The position numbers and the translations under genes are program-made. This document shows, in pieces, positions 53,401-64,000 of a DNA stretch of 64,000 bases (its first letter is position 1; every line of letters begins with the position of its first letter). The stretch spans positions 11,050,909 through 11,114,908 of the forward strand of contig CM082580.2 of the NCBI GenBank assembly GCA_040954595.2. The letters are read 5' to 3'. This DNA is from Balanoglossus misakiensis. Taxonomy: Eukaryota; Animalia; Hemichordata. The notes below the pieces were generated by a model. It saw nothing but the letters and a program-made list of their open reading frames with translations. It was not told the DNA's origin and did not search any database.

Positions 53401-56400
53401 CCTATTGGCCAGCAGTCGATAGAAAGTGATAATAACTCCCCTGTCTTTGTATCTTGGCTCATCGCCAGAGAAAATTCCCTACATACAAGTGTGGCAGTCA
53501 CACTAGAGATATCATCTCCCATGAATGTTAACGAAATGAAAAATTCACTGACACGCTCTCATCACCCAGGCCTGCAGAATCAGCGTTTCTATCCGTGTAC
53601 TTGTCAGGATATCTGTAGTGTGTCGAGTTCTTCCTGAATATATTGATCGACACAGTCGCAACCCGTCATCAACGTTTTTTCTCCTCAACTAAATCCGTCC
53701 ATCGTGCGAAAATCTACAAACTGCAGATTTTGATAATCTGTTCCCGACATATTTTAATAAACATATCCGTCGGTACACAAACGGAGAGTGATAAGCACCG
53801 GCTTTTAAAAAAAATATGTTTTTATCCGTTTGATGAATAATCGTAAAGCTTAAGTACCTACCATTGAAAATCTACGGCTGCGTTTCCTGGCTAAACTGTG
53901 GACCGTGCTACACACACGACAGCAAAGCGGGAGCACAATTTTACGGCGTGGTGGATCAACTGCGCGCAAAACGTTTTCCAGAAAGTGTAGGCTGTGCCCA
54001 TTGTCGTGTGACATCAATGGTTTTATCCAACCAAGGAACGAACCGCGCGAGCTGTCTAAAAAGCATTCATTTGTCACGTGACACGGCATCAAATCTGAGC
54101 GGCGCAGCGCGGCGGGGGCATAATGATTGATCGGATAATTTTATGTGCCAGTATTTGATGCTCGGGTTCTAGCATTTCCTTTTTCTCCCAAGTATAGCTA
54201 GTTACATGTGTATCGGAATATGTTAATGAGACTAATCGCGACACATATTTGTCGAGGCCAATTACTGCTCAGCGTATATTAATAATGAATATAGAACGCG
54301 CCTTATGCGAGTTTGTTGACCAGGTTCTGTGACGCACAATAAGGCACCACTTTCTGTGCGCGACCTGTAAAGCCCATGACCCTGCCCTTTAGTCACTTTT
54401 ACATTTATATCCGATTTTCTGAATTAAAACGAGAAAAAAGGGTCTCGCATAATCCGAATTGACTCAGCCCCGCTGTTGCCTCCTGGGTTTGAATGAATAT
54501 ATGTGAAATACAAGAGGAGTTAACATTTCCGTTTGTGCATGTATATATTTAGAATTCAGCAAGATTTAATCCAACGATACAAATGACGCCTGCTTTCATC
54601 TGTAATTGACGAAATACTACACTTACGGGTACTGACGATGCGCCCAACGACTGTGGTTCGCTCTCATCGACTAATAATAGGCCTAACAAAATAATATTGC
54701 GTTTCCGCTTTCTATACAATAGATAAAATATTTTGTTCTAATAACTTTAACTGTAACTATGCTAAAACGGGGAGATAATATCTTCAAGTTGCACACGTAT
54801 TATGTATTACAGCTGAAATATGGAACTACATGTAGGAGTTCGGGCACAGGTCATCACTCGCCCCGTACAGGATCTTTCGCTATAGAGGGGGGAGGCTGGA
54901 TCAGGCAACGTACCTTAAAGCGTAGCAGGCGGGTTCAGTGTAGTTTCACTAGAACGCTGAGATAGGAAAGCGGCCGGTCCGCACTGACCTCGCTCAGTAC
55001 GGGATCGTGAAATTATTTCTGGACGTTCATCTTCAATCAATGATAACATTGCGTGAAAATCGAGTCATGTAGCAATATGACGAAGTAGGTATTTATCATC
55101 ATTTGTCGTAGAAACCACTTAGCACCTCTTGCCACAGAGCTGAACAACAACAGCAGGCGAAGAAAGCAGCGAACAATAATGAAAACTAGTTGTTGCCCCG
55201 ACACATCGCCACGACAGATTTCATTCGGTGGCCGGCACATATATACTTCGTTGCTACAGTTACTTCGCAACTGACCTGCTTTGATTAGTGATCCTGCGCG
55301 TTAGCTAGCCAACCAGTGAACCTAAAGCGTGGCTGCAGTGGTACGCACAGTGCAAGGCACGCGGTTTTACGGCAACATACTACTCGTGTTTTGAAAATGC
55401 TAGAGAGTTAATTAGATTTTGAAAAGCAGAAAATGCGTCATCCGCAGTGGAATCGACATGTGTACCCGTCAATCGAGAAATTTTAATTTGCTTTTTGCAT
55501 TTCAAAGTACTGGTCCAACTCATAAGACTGTTGAAACACAACTAAACTGCAGGCACAAACCTGCACCAGCCTATTGACCCTGTTGACGTCATTGCTGATG
55601 CACTTTTCATAAGTACTATGAGCTTGAGACGTGGGAACGAGGCTGGCACGTAGTGGCCTCGCCATCTCACAGTTTGTCCGACCTGAAGGGCAATGTCTTT
55701 TTCTTCGACCAGGGGGGGGGGGGTGTCATAGTGTGTTTGTTTGTGATAGAGGGTACACACCAACCCACAACTGCAACAAACATCACATAATGCCACCCAC
55801 AGATTACATCATTTGGAATCAATTTTCCCTTGGGCACATGATTTACCTGTACATTAAGAAATCTGTCTCACGTAAATGTAGGAACTGTTTTTCCCCATTC
55901 AGTTAATTTAAAGTATACTCAGCGAATGAGTGTTTACTATCACAGGGGGTCCTTTCGTACAGGACTATTATGCTAATTCTTCAATGAAGGCCTGGAGGTA
56001 CAGGTGTTCTCTCCAGGCGTTTCTGATTGGAAGACTAATTTCCATAACAATAGAGCCAACTGTTATGACAGCGAATAGTGGCCGCGAACTACTCTGAGGG
56101 AACGCTTGGAATCTCCCTGAAATATGCCTTAGATGGGTCAGGTTGATTTGCCTTTCTTCGCGAGGAAGGGGGTCGCCGAATTTGACGTACATCAAAGCAA
56201 ATTGACCTTACCCCCAGGCTGTAGAAACTGACCAGTCCCTAATTCAAATAATTTGTCGTTTTCACGGTGGTTGCACCGCTGGCATGTATTAACATTGCAC
56301 AAAATTATCACCGACTCATCTGAAAAGAAAACATGTGTTCTGAGGTGAACAACAAAACGGCAGTACTTAACCTCGGACTATAATCTTCCCTCCAGCCTGA

Positions 56401-56589
56401 GTCCTGACTTTTTTGCAGTAATGACGTCGACAAGTTTAAGGTAAACGGCACGCACGTCGAACTGACGGAGTTGAACATTTATATCGACGCAATATAGCAA
56501 GACACCGCGACACCACGACCTTTGCATAAACACACCGACAAGGCGTGCCTGCCTTATCGCGCCCAAACCTGACCTTTAAGGGCACTCAC

Positions 56590-56670
56590 CTGACGATGAG
56601 ACAACAATCACAATCAGTCGTGTTGAGAAAAACACACAATGCGAACAAGCCAGTGAGGAACGGCGGACAT
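56590..56670 (-). other. Candidate internal 81-nt exon, probably 5' UTR of the receptor
   Basis: Strong acceptor CTTTATTTCCCTCACAG and consensus donor CAG|GTGAGT, on the same strand as the receptor. Confidence 0.5.
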
Positions 56671-58458
56671 CTGTGAGGGAAATAAAGTTTCTACAAACTA
56701 TTTTTCTATATTTGAAGAAAGATTGGTATAGCAAGATGTACGTGTGTGGCCAGGCTTTATTGCAGATGCCATATACTGGCTGAAATAGATGCTATCTATT
56801 TAAAACGCGGTGCATTGTACTGATATGTGTGCACTTTGCCCTTATCGATGCTTTTATACCAACTATAAATGCAATCGTATCATACCCAGATATTTCCAAA
56901 GCACTGGTGTTTTAATCGGCCCTGTGTAAATGTGCTTCCGAATGTCAGAAATTTGAACTTTAACCGCAATGTATGAAACTTGCGGCGACCAGAAGATTTG
57001 CTTGCCAATTGCAATGACTCAGTCATGCAGCACATTAGGTGATCTGAAGGGGGCGTTTTATATTATTACGAGCTTATTTTTGAGCAAATTTTCCATTGAA
57101 TGGAAGGAGACCTTTGCAGAATATGGTAATAGGTAATTAAAAGTCCGCCTTCTCTTTAGTTGCCAGTCGTTTCCCCACGTTTTAGATTAGGCTAGATTTC
57201 CACAAATAGCCACCTGAAAATGTGTTTGAATTAAGAAATCATTAGCGACCGATTTCATGAATTTCAAACGGGGAGGAAAAATAATCTACATTATTGCACA
57301 GGAATCTTAGCCACAGATGATAAAGTCCAGACGTGATGACTGTCAAGCCGCCCTGGCGCGGACACGTCAAAAACGACGAGACGGGTCTTAAAAATTTGAT
57401 ATTCATCGTCAGGGATTCATGCGAGGAAAAACATGTTGTCGTGGAAATAGAAACAGATTCATTCCACCGTCCTCTTCCGAAAAGTAAACAACGGAATGTG
57501 GTCGATCTCGATTCAGATCTCCAAATATTCCCAATCCCAATCCGATGCTGAATATAAATTGATCATTAAGTGGCACTTGTAATCCGCACCCTGGGGGGAA
57601 CGCGTTTTTGACCTATTATACCGATTCGGCCGCGATTACTGTAGACAATCCGAGCGTCGCCGAATCCCCTGGGATCGGATGAGCAATTTAGCGTTTCAAC
57701 AGAACATCATGCGCATTGTCGTGATTCATAATAGTGCACCCCACACTCAGCGGTTCTGAACGCAAAATAAGGCTTTTGTATCTATCCATTTCCCCCACGT
57801 AAACAAATTGACATAACTGATTTCGATTGCTACAGCGATGTTAGGCATTGGAGCATTTTCCTGAACGATCGCCTGCATGGCAAATTAACATATTTTGTAT
57901 TCACACAAATAAACGACCGCAGTATAAAATATGGTGCGGGTGCCATTGTATTTTCAAGGTGACCATGCTTTGGAATGATTCCTCTCAGAGTATGCGCATG
58001 TCTCTCATAACCGAAACTAACAGCGCCGCCTGAAAATGATGTAATGGGTAATTGATTTCATAATGAATTCTCGTGAGATGAAACATAGATCATGGATCTG
58101 TCTATCACCGTACGGCTCTCCGCAAATTTCCATTTAATAAGATAACGATATACAAATCACATCGTGACGTAGTGGTGATTTCGAAAAATAAATTGCATTT
58201 TGCCTTGGCGCTATTTATAACATAGCCCCGAAAAGAAGTAGGGCCTATGAGCAGTACTCAGACCATTATAATAAACAAATACAGACCAGGGTTTTACCAC
58301 AACGCATTGACAAGCGCACGTTCAGTCAAGGATTATCTTGTCTAGCCTTACTAACCAAGATAACCAATTCATATCACAGGTATTGTACATTGTAGAATCA
58401 AAATATTATGTTACTATGCAGTCAAAGATACTAGAAGATGGAAATGCAGGGATAAATG

Positions 58459-58520
58459 TATTCCGGGAAGCAACCTTAATTTATTCCGGGAAGCAACCTA
58501 CATTATTCTGAGAGCATCCT
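58459..58520. repeat. Short tandem repeat (about 22-23 bp x 3, third copy degenerate) containing two TTCCGGGAA motifs
   Basis: TATTCCGGGAAGCAACCT occurs twice, followed by TATTCTGAGAGCATCCT. Confidence 0.8.
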
Positions 58521-61500
58521 TAAGTAATTTAATAAAGCAGTCACCTCAACGCGGTAACTAACAGCGAAACGCTCCCACAATGCAGTTCGCTGATAAAACT
58601 AACGCAATAAAATCTACAAAATATCCGCTATCCCCACGTGATGTCTTCTCTCTTATACAAAACTACAAGTGATCAGAAAGAGCCCAATTTAATTTTAACA
58701 ACTGGTTACACATTCAGTTTCGCTGGAGCAGAATGCCAGACATGATAGGATTATAAAGACTGCAGCTACCACGCCTGATTTGCCACTAGACATCCTACAG
58801 ATTTACGAGCGGTGATATTCTTTGTGATTTTACCGGGCGAATAAAACTACCAAAGAGAGAAATACGTGTAGTTGAGCGGAATGTTATGTATGTAACTTCC
58901 TATACGTGGATATCCACCTAACTCTAAAGCCGACTAATTAATTTACATGTATATTGTTACGAATTCTGCGGAAGTGGCTCTATAATTTGCCATGTAAAGA
59001 CTTCCTTCCAACACGTACAGGCACACCACGAGATGTCAGTGGTTGCGATAGCGAACTTTGTGCCTTTTATTCTCAAAATATATATTTGTCGATAACATTA
59101 TCAGTATGTGTTTAAAAAAGAACACTATTCCACTGGGGTTGAAGTCCACATGGTATCATCAGGCACGTACACTTAGAGCTGTTTTGCCGCGACTTTCATG
59201 GACATATTTAAATATTACCAAATAAAACACTTCGACTTAATGTTTGTCATTTTCTCTTATGATTTATTGACGGAGTTACTGGCTTTTTACGACCCCTGAC
59301 ATTGTCCATATCAAAATTAACATGCGAACAAACATAACAACCTTTTTGCATTTGTGTTGCTAACAAAGGCATTGCCTATTGGCGAGACACCGCTTTGTTT
59401 ACATCGATACTCAGATAATTTCGCCTACTTTTCAAAATGCCATAAGTCCATTTTTACTGGTTGGCTTTCGTCGGTTATTAAATTTTATTATACACTGATG
59501 CAATATTTGTTTAGGATGTGTCACGGGTCAAGAAACTGGTCTGATATAGATTTTGTGTTGCTGTGGTAATTTTGTTTCAATACAAGAAAAAATCATTTCA
59601 GTAGACACACCAAGAATGTAGTTGAGATGTGCCTGCGCAATGTCTCCGGACTTATTTCTGTGGTCTGGGTAATCCAGACTACAATAGGCGCCGCACCGTT
59701 ACGGTGTCCACACACAATGACTATGGAACCGAGAAACAAAAGAATTAAAGCTTAAGCGAAGATCATCCTAAGAAATAGGAGAAGATTCACTCACTGTCTA
59801 TGTGTCTCTACGTCTATTCTTCGAATTAAAATCCCATTATGTTTATAAAAGGTTGGGTTGTGTAACGCGATGTCACACATTGGTAGTATTGTCTGTCGGG
59901 CCAATTTAACAAGCCGACCAAAACGATACAATCCGAATCGGGGACTCTATTCATTTGTGTTTCACATTCACTTCCGTCGTTGTGTTTTTGTTTTCACAAA
60001 TTGTGTTTAAGAAAACAGTAAACCAGAAACAGTAATGGCGATGGCGTATGTTGTTTACCCAGTACGCGCAAGAAAACATGACACACACAGAACCTGGTAC
60101 AATGGCCTCGCAATGAATTGAGGTCTTTGGAAACACTAGACAATTACTTATTGAGAAATTCCCACAATGAGTGTCAGAGACCTGGGGTGGTTGAATCCAC
60201 CTTCAACAGAGTGGTGTTCATTGTACTCTCAGGGAACTGTCGTCAGCTTAATAAAATATTATCCGATTCCGCCTGAAGCGCGAATATTTCGGATATTCGA
60301 TATTTTTCTTCCATTTGCTGGGATAGTTTCTGAAGCCACGGTTTATGACACTGTACATGTATGAATAATTCTGTGTGCTATTTTCGAGTACGAAAACATT
60401 TCCCCTTTTTAGAATACTAAAAACATGTTTACTGCACCGTAAGTGTGGTGTTCACTGTTGTTAGTACAACATACACGAGGGCCTAACATATTCCGATAAC
60501 GTAGATCAACAACACAAGCCAAAGATAAATCAGCTCTTGCGCGAGCCTTTCAGAATCACGAGGAAACAACTATCCCTTCTAACGGAAACCGTCGAACTCC
60601 GTACAGTTTTTAACGCGTTTTGAGCGATTGTTATTTTTCCACCGTGTTCTGTCCGTCAACCAAGGTCGCGGCAGTTCAATCTATCAAAATAACATATTTC
60701 TGTACATAAGCTACTCCTACAGTTGATAAGATAACCCGCTATCTTATCAATGTCATGCTGGGTTATTGTCCATACGAAGTCACCACTGAGGGTGGGCGTT
60801 TGGGTGGGACCATGTACAGAGATGAATATTCTCGAATGTTTGTTGGCAGTTTAATGGGGTACATGGCTGCTATTGTATGCTGATTCTAAACACCAACATA
60901 AAATCGCCCATTTTTCTTCAGATATCATATGCTTGGCGTAATCTTTCTCCAACATCGACCACTCTACCAGCCCCCTCTTAAAAGTCCAGACTCAAGGCTG
61001 CGATATCTCTGATAGTTCAAGGTAAAAGGTGAAGATGTTATTTTGGGGCCAGTCCTTCAACTCCACGTCGGCAGGTACATGTTCCGATATTCTGGGTTGT
61101 TCGGGTTCGCTCTTATACCACCGTGGTATCACGTTGACCCAGGCACAACCACAAAATTGCCACCGATGAACAGACCCGCTGAACCGTTAAAACTGTCAGG
61201 CTATAACACACGGTGTCACGGCATTGTATAGGCGTGGGGATTTGCGTTGTTTTTTATTCGTCACACACTACAATGCCGGTGAATACTGGGAACGGACGAC
61301 GGGCTAGAGAATTCAATCTCTCCTTTAAAAGAAACGAGTCGACGCAAAGGTGACGACCGGGACAGTCGACTCACACGAAATTCAGAACACCCACGACACG
61401 CACCCACTTGAGACACAGTGGACAATCGCCATAGTGCTGGTCACGGGTCCGTGGTTCATGCAACAGCCGCGCAAAGGTAACACTTGTCAAACAGTCCGGG

Positions 61501-61798
61501 TGCACGTACCCGACAGCTTCAACCGAACTAATAAACACGCGTTTTGTTTCAACTCTGCGTTTAGCGATCAATTATCGAGTTGTTAACAACATACAAAACA
61601 TACTATAAACATAACGGCGGTCAGTGCTATACTGTCGTCACACGTTATAAGGTGGGCGTTTAACTCACGGTAAAAGATGTTCACAATAAAATGTCCCACA
61701 TTATCTAAACACATTCATTTGGTCTCGTTAAGCCCATTATACCTGTTGATTTATTGTCGGTGGCAATGAACAGGACACGGCATTTTTTCTGTACTTAC

Positions 61799-62315
61799 CG
61801 AAAGCGTGTCGACAACGTCATATGACCTAACTGGGGGTAATGCCAAATCCGAAAGTGTTTGCACTGTTGGGCCAGAGACAATAACGGCAGACACTGCACT
61901 GTTTGGTCAGGCCAAAGAGTCTATAGTAGAACGATGGACACAAGCTGGTTTCTCGGTCTGTCACTTCATAAAGCACTCCCACAAAAGAACCGCTTGCCTT
62001 GGACAAACTATGTTCGACTCACCTGGGCCAACAGGTCACCACAAGGTTACGAAGTCATAGGTTACCCAGGTAAACGCACTTCAAAAATAGTTATTTGGTA
62101 TACACTGTACGTTTGTGCATAAAAACACCACAGTGCGTTTTTTTCAGTCTGTTCCTCTCTTTCCGGGCGAGCTTCGCGAACAGTGCGGTGGAAACAATCC
62201 GATATGTTTAAGTCGTGCCTTAGCCTTAAGCAAAATACTTTACAGACAATACACGGAGAGTGAAATCTGGACGGTTAGTGGTTCGATTCTTCTACAAACA
62301 ATTGGATGCGACTAA
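61799..62315 (-). promoter_or_regulatory. Candidate distal non-coding first exon with Inr-like start
   Basis: TTTAGTC at 62316-62310, GC/CpG-richer body, donor TCG|GTAAGT at 61798. A second donor CAG|GTAAGG lies at 62463. Confidence 0.35.
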
Positions 62316-64000
62316 AAAGCTCAGAGCGCCGGTATTGTGTTCGGTGGTGACCGATTGTACAAATCAGAACAAGTCTTCGGGAGACCGCGGACAGGAAATA
62401 ATGCCGACCGATCGAGCTACAAAGCCACCCGTGCTGTGCTTATTTGTATGGTACGTTCCTTACCTGTGTTCGGCAATGTTCTGTAAATAGTCCCCTTTCA
62501 AGTCTGCTTGTTGTAGTCCCGTTTTACTTGATAGCCACAGCGCACTGCGGGTAGAGGGAAAACACAGGGTATAATTATAGCGCTAACTGTAAATCTAACG
62601 ATCAATCACAAAACTTCAACAGCGGTTGTCGTTCACAAGCCCTCACCTGGTGATGTCATCACGTCGCCCCCACTGCGCAGGTCACGCTAGTGATACTAAA
62701 GCCTTTCGTCGGTTTACATACCGCAGTTGCACAGGTAACTCGTTAGCCCGAGGCTGTGATCGTGTAGTCGATAATATCTACGTTTTCATACGACGCGGGT
62801 ACGTTTTTATTTTCCCTTTGGAACTTTCTCCCGAGAAAGCAGAGGCGTACGACAGAAAACGGATGTCCAACGCAAGCAACACAATGTAAATGACCACGAT
62901 TGACTCGTCACGTCATACAGTGCCAACAGTGAAGGTATTTTTACACATTGTGATATGATACCCACTGAACGCGGAAGGATCCGAAACAGAAAGGCCTTGA
63001 AAATATCTATAAATAGAACCCTAATCAGCTGCGGATGGTTTACCATGCGTTTAGAACCGGACCCTGACTGCAGTGACAATGACCGACCGTGACACCGGAG
63101 ATAGATCATTCCGCCCCACCAGCGTTCGCCCAAAGTCAGAGCCAACATGAAAGTGCCGTGAAATGTGCGCCACCACTGATAGCGTTACCCGGCCAGTACT
63201 CATATCTATACACTTATCTGACATATTAAAGTCCCACGAACAACCAACTTTGAATTATTTTGAAATTGATGACTTTACTGTCAAAGTTAGATTAGCTCAT
63301 TTTATTAATCTTGCCGAATTTGGTAAAATAACCTGATTGGCGTCGATAAATGTCAAACTACCCATTGCCGATGCAAGACCCTGCATTGCAACTATTTCCA
63401 AGGCAAATTGCCATGACGGTTACGAGCGCCCCCTTAACATCCTAAAATACAATTACAGGATTGAACTTTGGTGTATAATGAAAGCTTCATGTATGGGGTC
63501 ATGCGTCTCGATGGCCTTACTCCAATTAGAACATGATGCATTCGCATCAAGACTCTTAGAGTTGCTCCTGACAATGTGAGTTTTGTAAAAGTGCTCGTTA
63601 CCTCAAAAATTGCATGTTTGATCAAAGTTATAGCGATACGTGCATGATCCAATAATCATGGTGACTCCTAACTTTGCAGTCTTTAAACTAGTAGATTTAT
63701 TCACTCGAGTATCTACTTATCATTGAGCACCGATCCGCCTAACGATTTTTGTTTTCGCATTTTAATTTTTGGAATAATCGCCTCTTCATTTCTATGGTAT
63801 GCAGACAATTTTTTCTCTTAACTTACGGTCAATTAATGACCTATTTTTGAAAAAAGTCCACGAAACTTTGTTATTCTGTTGTTTTTGACTGGTAGTGACA
63901 TAAACAAGTAAATAATAATATAATAACAATAGCGCATGATAGGTAATGTTGTAACGCTTAATGAACACATATGCGAAGTTAAACTTTGTGTTTACAGTAA

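Noticed and set aside
58459-58520. Short repeats as a CRISPR-like array
   Set aside because: Only 2-3 units with spacers of about 5 nt, eukaryotic context and no cas genes.
33211-63016. Isolated plus-strand TATA-like words (33211, 35841, 46200, 56797, 63008)
   Set aside because: Expected by chance in AT-rich DNA, with no accompanying exon structure that I could support.
21300-64000. A calcitonin/DH31-type peptide precursor or RAMP gene linked to the receptor
   Set aside because: I found no ORF with a signal peptide plus dibasic sites and a Cys-ring/Pro-Gly-Lys/Arg amidation pattern, and no RAMP-like exon. Small split exons could have been missed without a TBLASTN search.

Overview
This is AT-rich, intron-containing animal DNA, not prokaryotic: I found no operons, CRISPR arrays, rRNA or tRNA. 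The main content is one minus-strand class B1 (secretin-family) GPCR gene of the calcitonin/CGRP (CT/DH31) receptor type. I assembled it by hand from 14 coding exons (ATG at 21217 to TGA at 2080). All introns are GT-AG, all phases match, and the product is about 512 aa with a signal peptide, a six-Cys hormone-binding domain, 7 TM helices and a tail ending in a PDZ-type motif (TSLV). Several segments are nearly identical to vertebrate CALCRL motifs as I recall them, while the ectodomain looks invertebrate, so a marine invertebrate, possibly a non-vertebrate deuterostome, is my inference. The most notable observations are: (1) a probable switch between two C-terminal tails by splicing versus intronic polyadenylation; (2) a symmetric 57-nt N-terminal cassette exon that could add a disulfide loop; (3) the probable 3' end of a convergent plus-strand gene ending in ETV*; (4) about 43 kb upstream with no recognisable protein gene but several candidate non-coding first or UTR exons, a clean 1.1-kb PIF/Harbinger-type MITE, and clustered CRE and STAT motifs. 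I see no clear evidence of a wholly new biological system. The regulatory and UTR calls are hypotheses from motif reading only.
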